In this document: positions 1 through 12,496 of the stretch, piece after piece
Numbering within the stretch: position 1 is the first letter of the stretch
How the letters are laid out: every line of letters begins with the position of its first letter
Source: Octopus bimaculoides
Taxonomy: Eukaryota
DNA: 64,000 nt
Direction of reading: 5' to 3'
Assembly: GCF_001194135.2 (NCBI RefSeq)
Contig: NC_068997.1
Span: 43,582,882 to 43,646,881 of the forward strand
Position numbers and translations under genes: made by a program
The notes under the pieces: generated by a model
The model's database searches: none
Told to the model about the DNA's origin: nothing
What the model saw: only the letters and a program-made list of their open reading frames with translations

Positions 1-24
1 AGAGTTATTCTTATTTTTGCTCCT

Positions 25-1140
25 TCAGATAGTTTTCCAGATACATATTTTTGCTGTTTCAGAGAGTTTTCCTATCACCACAAAACTATGGGGTGGAAAT
101 GCTATGCGGGATCTCTGACAATGGGAAAGACTCCTTATCTTAAAACCCCTAAAAAAAAATGATTTTATTAGCTTCCACTTTATCCATTGAGCTTCAAATG
201 GTGGCATTGTGACAACTCTGGCAACAATAACCATAGTTCTCTGCTACTGTCTATCACCTCCTTCCTCCTTTTTGCTGTTATCTAATTGGGCAGAGATTCT
301 AATGTGGCTCATCCTCCCACATGTGTAGCGAGTGAACTTTCTACCCTGCACTTTTAGTTTGATTGAATACCTCTCAACTCCTAAATATAGGGTATAATTC
401 TTGGATAACCAACCTTTTGGTCTTCAAGGGAGTGGGGTGTCATCAGACTTTGGATGTTCAGGCACACCCCAGCCCAACTAAATATTGCTGCCAGTCACAT
501 CCACACTGATGACCTATCTGTACTTTTGCATAAAGGTGACTCTGAACTAAGAATTCTCATTGGCACTGATTTTTCTGACCATGACTTTTGTGTTTATTCT
601 ACCCAGGTACTGTAGTACCATCCTGTTGGAAGGCCTGTAGCACACAAGTTCTGTTTGCCTTCTTCATCTTAAATAATAAGCATATGTTCCATATGCTCTG
701 ACCTTGCTGAGAGAGAAAACATCCTGTCAAACATTAGCTGGGCCTTCCTTAAACTCTTTCAAAAGCATGTAGAAACCTTTGCATTTTGAAAAACAATGAC
801 GTGTCATTTCCTCCTGGCCATTTCTTGAATAAATTCCTCAGGTAGAAAGGCAGTCTTTTATGACATAGCTCTTTCACACTTCTTCTTATGCTTGAGTTGA
901 TCCCTATTTAGTATTTCTTTTTGGATTACAACACTTGTGAAAGATGATTTACTGTTGATGCTGTTAGCAATGATGATACTTTGTGTTTTTGAAATTTTAG
1001 CTGTTTGTACTACAGCTGTTTGCTTAGTTGTCATTTTTTTCTGTTTTTGAAACAGCCTATGTGTTTTCAAAAATTTAGGAGAGGTGGGTGCATACCAGTG
1101 CTGCTGACAGATGTATGCATATTGAACCACTAATAAGTAA
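25..1140 (-). pseudogene. Decayed LINE (L1/Tx1-like) ORF1 remnant
   Basis: A stop-interrupted minus-strand frame reads ...YLGRINTKVMVRKI...SIKLKVQGRKFTRYTCGRMSHIRISAQ..., resembling an RRM-like region followed by a degenerate CX2CX4HX4C knuckle. Confidence 0.4.
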
Positions 1141-1569
1141 AGCAAAATAAAAGTTTACATATATACATGTATACAATAAAATTCTAAATAGCGAAGCTTT
1201 TTACCTCTCCAGAAAATGTGATGAACATTTAGATATTCCGTATTACTGGCAGAAATCAAAAACACGTTTTATACCTCAGTTAAACCTGGAATAAATAGCT
1301 CCACGAAAGGCGTGAATCCACACTTTTCTAACAGAATAATGTAATGATAATTGTTTCTGCTATAGTCACAAGGCCCAAAATTTGGGGGAAGTTGGGCTAG
1401 TCAATTATTACATCAACATAAGTGCTCTACTAGTATTTATTTTACTGCCTCCAAGAAGATGAAAGACAAAGTTGATGTCAGTGGAATTTGAACTCAAAAT
1501 ATAAAGATGGAAGCATTTTGTCTGGCACAGTAACAATCCTGCCAGCTCATTTCCTTCTATGATAATAAC

Positions 1570-1609
<40 letters not shown>

Positions 1610-1611
1610 TC

Positions 1612-2178
1612 CCTGATGCAGTATGAGGCAGTGGCTCTCGTGGCTTCTCATCTTAACTGATTGGAAGTGTTATCATGTTTTGTCTTGGTGTAAAAGATAG
1701 GCTACAGCAAATATTCTGCTCAGTACCACAGATTTGCTAGTCAGTTGCTTGACCTTAACCAGTTGAGCATATCCCTTGGTGGCTGATAATATGTGAATCT
1801 CTGATCATGAGCAGTTGTGGGGGAGCATCATAACCATGTGTAGTGAGGAATTCTTTGGGGTCTGAATAATTCACTTCTGGAAACAGGAGTTTCATTTATC
1901 AGCCTTAAACAAACCTTATTCAGGGACCTTTTGAGTGGGATGGGCTACCCAACCTGAGGAAAATTTGAACTGGGCCTCACTTGCAAGATCATGCACTGTT
2001 TATCTTGATATGAGGTCACCAAGTTGTACACATATGGTTGTAATGCATGTGCCTGGTGTACCCTTATCCGATGGATAATCATGATGGGTATACTGGGCTT
2101 TGTATATTTGTACCTTAGTGTCACTTTGATGGTATGCATTGCTCTCTCACTAAATAATAATAATGATAATAATAATTT
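1612..2178 (+). mobile_element. Interspersed repeat ending in an (AAT)n tail, probable non-LTR retroelement 3' portion
   Basis: Flanked by (AAT)n runs and ending in ctctctcactaaataataa. Recognised as resembling a common cephalopod repeat; single copy in this window. Confidence 0.35.
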
Positions 2179-3559
2179 TGGCACAAGTCCAGCAATTTTA
2201 GGGGAAGTACTTGACTGGTACTTATTTTATTGACCCAGAAAAGCCAAAAAGTAAGTTGACATCAGGAAGATTTGAACTCAAAATGTAAAGAGTTGAACTA
2301 AATACTGCAAGGCTTTTCTTCTAATGTTCTAACAATTATGTCAGAACTTGTGTGGTGTGCCAGTGAAAACAATAGGTTACAAATTTGGACAAGAGTGGTT
2401 ATAATGAGTCATTGAATTAATTCCTAGTAGAGGATTGCTGATTCTTTTATTAATTCTGGCAGGTTGAAGGACCAAGTCATTTCTATCAAGATTTTCTTTC
2501 AGTCAGCTAGTTAGTGAGAAAAGAACACCACCCATGACCTTTTTCACAACCTCTGAAACTGGTGGAATGAAGGGAAGAATTTTTCTTTTGATCAGAGACC
2601 TGGCCCTAATATCTATCACAGAGTTGACCCTGTTAGGTGCACCTAAGATGGGTAGGAGATGTGGTACAGCCATTTTGATACCACTGATATGATGCTGACT
2701 TATTTGACATCAGACATTTTAATGTTTTTCTCTGTTTATGCATATGAGCATATTTCTCTTTACGTGTATGGGAAGCAAAAGCATTTATGTTGATCATGTT
2801 CTCTCTCTGTATACGAGCATCTAGTCATTTTTGTAGGTATTATGTCAGTCTTTCTCTCTCACACACACTTTCTTTATCTGTATGTGTATATTTCTATGTG
2901 CTCATGCACGTGTGTGTGTGCCTCCAGTGCCAAAAAGTACTGTTGCATAAACAAGCTGAATGCCCAGGTAGCTGGGACAAATCACCAGTATCCAAACAGC
3001 CACTCTCATTCATTTCATTCTGGCCCAAGGGCAAAGTGGTGTTAAACTAAGCAATAGATTAAGTCTAGAACTCAAAAACCAGAATAGCTTCCTCCACTCT
3101 GACAAGCTTCCACACGATTTTTATCAACCACAGAATTTCCTTCACAATGCTTTAGTTCAACAAAAGGCTGTGGTAGAAAATACCTGCCCACAATGTTGCA
3201 CTGTGGGATGGAACCCCACAAAAGACCATATAATTGCAGAGGAAGCTTCTTAAAAATGTAGGGGGACAAAGCAAAGTACTGTAAGATATTTACTTGGTCC
3301 AGCAGTTTTCCATTCCTGACACTCGACTTAATTGTAATAATAATCTTGTATTTACTTTGCCATAAGGGTAATATAAAAGGCAAAAACATTAGGATACAGT
3401 AACATCTATAAACATTCCAGAGGTGTATATATACACACACTAAAAAACCACCAAAATACAATGTATATTATATATATGTTCATGTATGCATATGAATATA
3501 TGTGTGTGTGTGTGTGTGTGTGTGTTCGTCTATGTATGTTTGTGTATTTATATACATCT

Positions 3560-3755
3560 CTCTTTACTTTTTTTACTTGTTTCAGTCATTTGACTGCGGC
3601 CATGCTGGAGCACCGCCTTTAGTCGAGCAAATCTTATTCTTTGTAAGCCTAGTACTTATTCTATCGGTTTCTTTTGCCGAACCGCTAAGTGACTGCGACA
3701 TAAACACACCAGCATCGGTTGTCAAGCAATGCTAGGGGGACAAACACAGACCCCC

Positions 3756-3786
<31 letters not shown>

Positions 3787-3890
3787 CGACAGGCTTCTTT
3801 CAGTTTCGTCTACCAAATCCACTCACAAGGCTTTGGTTGGCCCGAGACTATAGTAGAAGACACTTGCCCAAGGTGCCATGCAGTGGGATT
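3560..3890 (-). mobile_element. SINE family A (tRNA-like head, central microsatellite), truncated by gap
   Basis: Reverse complement of the 25931-26384 copy. Confidence 0.85.
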
Positions 3891-4134
3891 NNNNNNNNNN
3901 NNNNNNNNNNNNNNNNNNNNNNNNNNNNNNNNNNNNNNNNNNNNNNNNNNNNNNNNNNNNNNNNNNNNNNNNNNNNNNNNNNNNNNNNNNNNNATATATT
4001 ATAATAATAATAATAATAATAATAAAAGGGTAAAATTAATTAATTCATTAATAATTAATAATTTTACCAAGTAGTTCGGTATGTTAAAATAACCTTTTTA
4101 GGTAAAATTATACAGATATTCTATAATTATAAAC

Positions 4135-4634
4135 ATAATTATAATCAGGGGTCAGCTAATTGCTTTACCACGCACCGAATTTAGAAATAGGAGTTAAAAT
4201 ACCTTTTCTGCTACCATAGAGTCTCCCAGACAGTAACACACATTTTTACTTAGGCAAAAAGGAAAAAAATTATGAATCCACATGACTCCAATTAGCTACA
4301 TACGTATTTTGCGATTAAAGCAAAGTAATATTTACTTACTTATTTCTCATCTTCAATGCAGCATTTCAAGGTATAAATTTGAGAGCATTAAAATTAAATA
4401 TGTATGCGATCAAGCGTCATCGCATTATAGATATTCAAACCAGCACTTTCAAATATATACAGCAGAATGTGAACACATATTTATCCTTAATACCCACGTG
4501 TGTGTTACGAGTAATAGCGCAGAAACTGCAGTTTTAGATCAGGGAGTAAATTATATTTCAAAAAAGGCATTTTAACTCCTATTTCTAAATTCGGTGCATG
4601 TTGAAGCAATTAGCTGACCCCTGATTATAATTAT
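4135..4634. mobile_element. ~500-bp element with ~72-bp terminal inverted repeats (MITE or inverted Penelope-like terminus)
   Basis: ataattataatcaggggtcagctaattgctt...gaatttagaaataggagttaaaat (4135-4206) is inverted at 4563-4634 with a few mismatches. No internal transposase. Confidence 0.7.
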
Positions 4635-4653
4635 ATATATAAATATATATATA

Positions 4654-5255
4654 TTGGGTCATCCCATAAATAATGCATTTTTTATACTTTTTTTATTTTT
4701 CAAAATTAAGATAAAAAGTTCTTTTTTAATCTAAAATATACTCTCATTTTCTACAATGCTTATCCATCCATCTGGTAGACTCACAAGGTCTCTCTTCCAA
4801 AATTCACTTGTTCCTGACAAAAAATACTCCCAGTATTGTTCTGGCCTCATCTACAGAATTCATATTTTTTCCATCCTAATGATTTTGAAGACTGTGGAAT
4901 AAATGATAATCAGATGGGGCAATATCTGGCGAATATGGTAAGTGGGGCATTGTTTACCGTTTGAACTGTTCCATCCAGCCTTTGGAATGTCATCTTTGCT
5001 GTATGTGGCCAAGCATTATCCTGATGGAAGAACACCTTTCATCTTGAAACTGAAGATGGTCATTTTTCTTCTAGCACTGACCTAAGCTGCTCAAACTGCT
5101 TACAGTGGATTTCCTTTGTTATCATTTGGTTTGGGTCTAAAAGTTCAAAATGGACTAAACCTTTCATATCCCACCAAACAGATAACAACACTTTACATGG
5201 GTGAAGACCTTCTTTAGCCTGGGGTGCCAGTGTTTCTCCCTTTCTTACCCACATT
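4654..5255 (-). mobile_element. mariner (DD34D) transposase 3' half with TIR
   Basis: Minus frames give WVRKGETLAPQAKEGLHPCKVLLSVWWDMKGLVHFELL, FHQDNA and YSPDIAPSDYHLFHSLQ. The end is TA|ttgggtcatcccataaataatgc, mariner-TIR-like. Stops and frameshifts present. Confidence 0.9.
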
Positions 5256-5658
5256 CTGTAAAGTGGTTATGTTAGGAAGGGCATTCAGCCATAAACCAAT
5301 CCAAAAATGAAACATGTGGAAGATGCAGTCCTTCCAAGCCGTCTAGGCGAGCAACGTTGTCTGGATTTGTGGATCACTTGCTATTGGTCTCCAAAGTTAA
5401 CCATAGGTTCATGAAACTTGAATCTGTCAGCCAGTTTTCCCAATGACATATTTATCCATAGGTTTTAATAAAATAACAGTAGGAAGAATACAGAATAGGA
5501 TAGAAGAGTACAGTGGTTTATTTCCTGTTTGAGGATTTAATTATATGCTTGGAAAATTCCTGCTGAAATATATAAATATTAAAAATGAGTTGTATGTGCA
5601 TATGTTAATTCATACATTTGTTTTTATGTCTGTTTTTCCATGGTGGTGAGGGTTAGAC

Positions 5659-5861
5659 CATTGTTTCTCAACCATCTTTTATCTATGGACCCCTTAGATT
5701 CCTATTTTGTTTAAATGGACTCTCCTACCCATTCAATGTTTAAAAAAAATCATAATTTTTCATAGTTAAAGTATGAAAATTTGTGTATTATAGAAGCATA
5801 AGCAATTACTTGCACATACATTTTAACAAAATTTTATATGGACCCCAGTTGAGAACCACTG
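5659..5861. mobile_element. Non-autonomous hAT MITE with intact 8-bp TSD
   Basis: Ends are cattgtttctcaac / gttgagaaccactg. GGTTAGAC is duplicated at 5651-5658 and 5862-5869. Confidence 0.85.
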
Positions 5862-6529
5862 GGTTAGACAGACAATACTGAGGCATTGTTTTAGAGCCAA
5901 GACCCTTCCTATCACAAACATTACCTACACACACACACATACATAAAGATTTCCTTTCAAACATTTTAGATTGAAAATACCTTTTGCAGCAGGAGTTTAA
6001 ATATCTCCTTAGCAGCCTTTTTGATTTAGTTTGAAGCAATAATGCTTCAAAGTTCAGTTACAGTTCAAGATTCCCCCTCTTTCATTATCAGAATGAAATG
6101 ATAACAGTGGTACATTGCTGATGTGTTTTGTGGTAGGCAGCAAAGGCTCATGAGAATGATGTCATAGCTGATAAAATTGTCATCACCAGTTTTAAAATTA
6201 TTTAACAGTTCAACTCCTGCTTTCTGTAATGGCTGATTTTTTTGCATGTTGTATGTGTGTGCTGATTGCTGGTTTGTATATATATATATATATGTAGTTA
6301 CATTGCCATTAACAAGGATAAAACTTAAACATAGTCATGTATGTGTTCAATATAAATTTATACACACCTTACATCTCTATGGCTGTAACACACACCAGTT
6401 ATAAACGGGACTATGATGTATTATACGATATTTCCCTGTGGAGTGAAAAACACTATCTATCAATCAATCAATCAATTTAAATGCTGGAATTTTCTTCTTC
6501 GTCTTCCTTGAGAAAATTTGTAATAGAGG

Positions 6530-6895
6530 TGTAAGCATGGCCGTGTGGCAAGAAGTTTGCTTCCCAACCACATAATTTCAGGTTCAGTCCCACTGCATGG
6601 CACCTTAGGCATGCATCTTCTACTAAAACTCTGGGCTGACCAAAGATTTGGTAGAGAGATACTGAAGGAAGCCTGTTATGTGTGTATGTGTGTCCCCACC
6701 ACCTGACAACTGGCATTGGTGTGTATGTCACTGTAACATTAACGGTTCAGCAATAGAGACCAATAGGACAAGTACCACACTTAAGAAAAAAGAAAGGTAC
6801 TGGGGTCGATCTGGCCATCTAAAAGTTCTTCAAGGCAGCGCCCCAGCGTGGCCACAGTCTAATAATTGAAACATGTAAAAAATAAAAGATAAAAG
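6530..6895 (+). mobile_element. SINE family A, diverged copy
   Basis: Head (tggccgtgtgg...ggttcagtccc), body and gactgaaac-type tail match family A. Confidence 0.75.
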
Positions 6896-7352
6896 ATGTT
6901 TAAGACATTGCTTTTCATTACAATGATGTTTTCAATTAAGTATTATTTTTCTCTCCCTACAATAAGTATGTTAGTTCACACTCAACTATATTTATCTTTC
7001 TATTTAGCTATTAATCCATCTATTGATATCTATTTTTAATCTACTGTCTAAAGCTATCTTTATTTAGCTAACAGTCTCATTGGCATCAGATCTCCCTCAA
7101 TCTGTCTGTCAATACAGTTGCACCAGTGTATGTGTATGTAAGCCACTGAGGAAAAGGAACCATGGACGACCTGTTACGAATGCTGACTTAATGAGCTCAA
7201 ACACGGAAGTAGCATAAAGAGGCTCTCTGTACTTGCTGTCTAGGACAATTTGATTCAGTGACCAGGTATGCAAATGAATTATCCCCCAGAGAGAGAGACC
7301 TTGATTTAGCCATCAGAAAGAAAAGTATATAAGTAGATTATATATACATATA

Positions 7353-7396
<44 letters not shown>

Positions 7397-8924
7397 GAGA
7401 GAGAGAGAGGGAGAGAAAGAGAAGTAAAGTTAGAGAGTGGGGAAGGACTACAGGCCTTACATTACCTCTCATACTGAAGAAACAACAAAAAAAAAAGGAA
7501 AGGAGGGATAGAAAGAGAAGGAAGAGGAAGACACAATGTGGAGAAAGAAAGATAGGAAGGAATAAAGAAAAGGAGAGGCAATAGTATGCATCCAGACTCA
7601 CATTATCCAGTGAAGCCATCACCTTTTAAGGTATTTGGGTGTGATATGAGAGTGACTTGGTCATTGCTTCTAGCAAGAAGAGGCTTTCTTTCTTGGTTCA
7701 TGCTTACTATTGTTGTTTTAGCCTCAAGTTAGTTCTTACTGAGCAGAATTATGAACAAAAGTATTCTGAATTTGATCCTCACATCTTATTTTCGGACATA
7801 ATCTATCTTGGACTACATTATCCAATGTATCTGATATATATTTATATATTTACACAAACACACACCCATATACATATAGGCATAGCTGTGTGGTTAAGCA
7901 GTTTGTTTCTCAACCACATGGTTTCAAGGTCAATTCTATTGCATGGCACCTTAGGCAAATGTCTTCTACATTGACTCCAGGCCAACCAAAGTCTTATGAG
8001 TGGATTTGTTGATGGAGACTGGAAAAAGCCTGCTCTGTGTGTGTGTGTGTGTGTGTGTGTTCGTGCATGTTTATGTCTCTATGTCTGAACATTGCAAATG
8101 TCAATCTCACACAAAGTGTGTCCTTTATTTCCAATCTTCTGTGTAAACATGTCCATAATTGGGGGAAATATTTCCTTGCCTGGGGACAGGTGAGTATTGG
8201 CAACTGAACGTGCATCTGGCTGCATTAACAAATTCTATCTAAGTCATACAAAAATTTAAAAGTGGACATAAGACAAAGATNNNNNNNNNNNNNNNNNNNN
8301 NNNNNNNNNNNNNNNNNNNNNNNNNNNNNNNNNNNNNNNNNNNNNNNNNNNNNNNNNNNNNNNNNNNNNNNNNNNNNNNNNNNNNNNNNNNNNNNNNNNN
8401 NNNNNNNNNNNNNNNTATATATATATATATATATATTTGAACATATGACCATAGATACTCAGCATATGTGCCTTGCTTTTTTGCCAGTTGGTTTCAATTT
8501 AGAACAGTGTGAATGAATCCCTCAATGCACCAGGTGTTAAAACACCAGAAAATCATGGACAGGTGAGGCAACTCATCCCAAATACCATTCGGGAGTGTTG
8601 GACATCGATATTTCACCATTTTTGTGGCTTATTTAACACCATGTGCCTGAACCAAATTGGAAGCGAACTGAATCACCTGTCCACAACTACATGTATGTGA
8701 CATTGATAAGCCACAAAAGTCTGTGACTTCCAGGTGTTTTAGCATCTAGCACATTGAGAGAGTCATCCCCACCATGCTAAATCAGAGCCTACCAGTGAAA
8801 AAGCGAAGCACATACTTTAAGTATGTGTGGTAAATAATGTTTGCAATACCAGTGTTGCTTCTAATTCATCATCTGACACAAGATACCCTCCTTCAATCCC
8901 CACTTCCCTCTCAAAATTACTTGT

Positions 8925-9240
8925 CTTGCAAACTACTTGGTGACCCTGCTGGTGTTGGTGCCACATAAAAAGCATGCAGTCCACACAGTAAAGTGGTTGG
9001 CATTTGGAAGGGCATCCAGCTGTAAATACCATTCCAAAACTGACCTCACCTGTGCTTGGTGTCACATAAAAAGCACTCAGTCCACTCTGGAGTGGTTGGT
9101 ATCAAGAAGGGCATCCAGCCATAAAAAAACCCTGCCAAAATAGACACACTAGCCTTGTGTAGTCTTCTACCTGGCTGGCTCCTATCAAACTGTCCAACCC
9201 ATGCTGTCATGGAAGGCAGATATTAAATGATGACGATGAT
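8925..9240 (+). mobile_element. RTE-LINE-type 3' tail repeat ending (GAT)n
   Basis: ggcatccagctgtaaa...ccaacccatgc..gatattaaatgatgacgatgat, the same tail as at 11790-12162, 13900-14097 and 19680-19975. Confidence 0.7.
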
Positions 9241-10594
9241 ATAGATATGTATAAGAGTAACAAAATATATGGATTCAAATAATCATACAACTTTCACAGT
9301 AAGCTCCCCAACTGGAATCAACTAGCAGTTTACATAATAATGAAGTACCATGTAACTGGAAATCCAGGAATCTGAAAAATACATACACATATACAGCCCT
9401 TTATATGAACTTACCCATTCTATAGACGCCACTAAAATATGTAACCAAACTGAAATAAATACTAGGTTCCATAGAATCAACTAAAACCCTTAAGAATGGT
9501 AATTCAGAATGACCCAACAGTCCAGTAAAAATAAAGAATTTAATTTATACTTATATTAATACTTTATGTATTTTGGGCTCCTCCCAGCTCTTTATGGTTT
9601 TCAAGTTTCATTTTTGTAATGGTCCTTCTTCTCAAAGACCTCATTGCAAATAAAGATGATGACGATGATAACAACAATGATGATGGTGTTAATGATTATT
9701 AAGGTTGTTATCATCATCATCATCATCATCATCATCGCCGTCATTATTATTATTATTATTGCCATTGCTGTTGTTTATTCTGCTTAGTTGAATAAATAAA
9801 ATCAGATGATAAAGTTACAGACTCCATCTATTTATCTGTTTGTTTATTTAGTTAGTTACTTACTTATTCAAGTATGCTTGACTTTTAAACAACTCCACCA
9901 CCACTCCGCCTTTATTACTTTACAGATTTCAGTCATCATCATTATCATCATCACTACCCCACCAGGCCCCCACCACCACCACCACCACCATCATCATCAT
10001 CACAATCACCAGTCATACCAAAAAAAAAAAAAAACTCACCGCTAAAAAACTTCCATCACCATCCAGTCACCTCCCAAAAGCCGAGAAAGAAAAACATTAG
10101 GCTTTGGTGCCACTTTAGAATTAATAAACAGAGACATATTTCATAAGATGTGGAACCACATATACTCACGTACCTAAGCACACACACACACACACACACA
10201 CACAGATAAATACAGACAGATAGATTGACAAAATGCTTAATGGCATTTCTTCTTACTCTTTTAATTCTGAGTTCAGATTCTTTAAGGACCGATAAAATAA
10301 AGTACCAGCTGAACATTGGGATCAATGTAATTGACTACCCAACTCCCCTAAAAATTGCTGGCATTGTGCCAAAATTTGAAACTTTATGAAACAAAGAGTA
10401 CTCAATACATTATGTCTAATAGTTATCCATCATCATCATTACCATCAACACCACCACTTCCATCTTCAGGACTGAGGAAATGGTACGTAAAACCTTCAAC
10501 TGACTCTGCTGTTTATAAATAGACTAATCATAAATTTCTTATACTGACTGAAAGTACACAGCATGGTCAGTGTGAAATACTAGGCTACTTTTAA

Positions 10595-10816
10595 CCCTTT
10601 TGATACCAACCCGGCTGAAACCGGCTCTGGCACTGTAGTACGAATGTCTTGTTTTCAAAAGTTCTGAATTAAAATCTCCCACCAAATCTTAGTCACAATT
10701 TATGTTCCTAACACTAGCTTAATGATAACTAAGTTATTTTACTAAATTTTTTGTTATATTTCAAATTAATTGAAAGAAACACAGAGCATCTCAAAATAAA
10801 TACAGTAATGAAAGGG
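10595..10816. mobile_element. TTAA-flanked piggyBac-like MITE (family 1)
   Basis: TTAA|CCCTTT ... AAAGGG|TTAA termini. Confidence 0.75.
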
Positions 10817-11140
10817 TTAAACATCTTATCCTTTAATAGTTTAAATATCCTATCCTTCAATAGTGTGAGTTTAAAACTGTACTTATACCATTTTGGTACT
10901 TTTACATTATTTATTAAAGAAATTACAGATAAAGTTTAAGACAAATTTTTTGTTTTAAATGAGGCTGTGTTTTCAAGAAAAGGCTATAATGTAGAAGACC
11001 ACAAAAGAAATAAACTATAAAAATACTACAAAAAAGAAAGTCAACAATATCTTTGTTTATCAGTTCAAAAAATTAGAAGTATATTAAAGTTAATACTGAA
11101 ACACTGAACACTTAAAACAACAAATGACAATCTTGAAAGT

Positions 11141-11692
11141 AACAAGAACACTCAGAGAGCGCAAATCTTCGCCAAAGCAACACCAACGTCTTCTCAACGA
11201 TTAGCCAGAGATGATTTTTAAAATGAGAATATCTTAAATAAACTCAACTGCTCTCACAAACGGGAATACTAAAAATGAAAATTAAGTAGAAAAAAAAACC
11301 AGAAAAATAATCCAGAATCCTTGTCTGGTACCTGGTCGATCCCATTGGTAGTCATGGAATGTGAAGGTAGCTGTAGAAAATTTAGTAACAGTAATAAATT
11401 AGTAGAGAAATGGAAGTAAAACTTTCGAAACGGCCTAAAGGCGGATAAATAGGAAAGACTTGAAAATGAACCTAAAATCGTAATCATGTAAAGTAAATTT
11501 AACAAATAATCCAGAATCCTTGTCCAGGATTGGATCGATCCCAAAATCTAATTAGTTCGTGCCAGTCATGAGGCCAGACATCCCTGAAAGTTTCATCCGA
11601 ATCTATCCAGTGGTTCTTGAGATATCTTGTCCAGGGACAAACAAACACAACTGAAAACAATACCTCTGCCTTCGCTAAGGCGGAGGTAATAA
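11141..11692 (-). mobile_element. Non-autonomous Helentron/HINE-like element, copy 1
   Basis: Minus strand starts ttattacctccgccttagcgaaggcagagg (hairpin) and ends ggcgaagatttgcgctctctgagtgttcttgtt. The subterminal inverted cctccgcc motif is present. Paralog at 38427-38796. Confidence 0.65.
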
Positions 11693-11699
11693 ACACAGA

Positions 11700-12162
11700 T
11701 ATATGATCGAAACTGAACCAAATTTGATGACTGGCACCCGTGCCAATGGAGCGCTAACAGCACCATCCAAGCGGGATCAATGCCAGAGCAGCGGTCTTGC
11801 CCCCGTGCTGGTGGCACGTAAAAAGCACCATTTGAGCGCGATTGTTTCCAGCTTCGCCTTACTGGCACTTGTGCCAGTGGCATGTGAACAAAACATTGGA
11901 CTGACTCCTGTGCAGGTGCCACGTAAAAAACACCATTTGAGCGTGGCCGTTGCCAGTACTGCCTGACTGGCCTTCGTTCCTGTGGCACGTAAAAAGTACC
12001 CACTACACTCTCGGAATGGTTGGCATTAGGAAGGGCATCCAGCTGTAGAAACTCCTGCCAGATCAGATTGGAGTCTGGTGTAGCCATCTGGTTCGCCAGT
12101 CCCCAGTCAAATCGTCCAACCCATGCTAGCATGGAAAGCGGACGTTAAATGATGATGATGAT
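11700..12162 (+). mobile_element. RTE-type 3' UTR/tail with repeated ggcacgtaaaaagcacc motifs
   Basis: Three copies of the motif, then tggcattaggaagggcatccagctgtagaaac...ggacgttaaatgatgatgatgat. Confidence 0.75.
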
Positions 12163-12283
12163 ATGTAATCCTCTCTTGTTGAGATTAAAGTACTACTGGA
12201 ATAAAACTGAAGTGAATGTAATAGGAAATAAAAAAGTTATATTGTAAAAAGATTGAAAATTTTATTCCTACACAAATTATTAA

Positions 12284-12496
12284 CTTTTTGGCATTTAAAC
12301 TGACCATATCTTGCTCAAATATTCTACCTGTTTTATGCTCAAACCAGCCAGATCTGGCCTCTCACACCTACCCTATAATATCATTGCAGAAATAATCGCA
12401 TCATAGTCTTGAAGCTACAAGATAGTGTATGATTAATTCAGAACAATGTGAATAAATAAGCATTAAATTTGGCAGAGGAATTTAAATGCTAAAAAG
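12284..12496 (+). mobile_element. TTAA-flanked MITE (family 2), diverged
   Basis: Homologous to 30045-30259 and 37951-38170; TTAA at both ends. Confidence 0.7.

Noticed and set aside
1205-1332. Minus-strand frame KCGFTPFVELFIPGLTE*..NTEYLNVHHIFWR with splice-like signals
   Set aside because: In-frame stop, the implied intron would be only 29 nt, and no recognisable domain; likely a repeat remnant.
11800-12000. Spaced short repeats (ggcacgtaaaaagcacc) superficially CRISPR-like
   Set aside because: Eukaryotic retroelement UTR with irregular spacing, related spacers and no cas genes.
11593-12132. 179-aa ORF
   Set aside because: Antisense reading of an RTE-type 3' tail and the Helentron-like end; similar peptides recur at other copies of the repeat.
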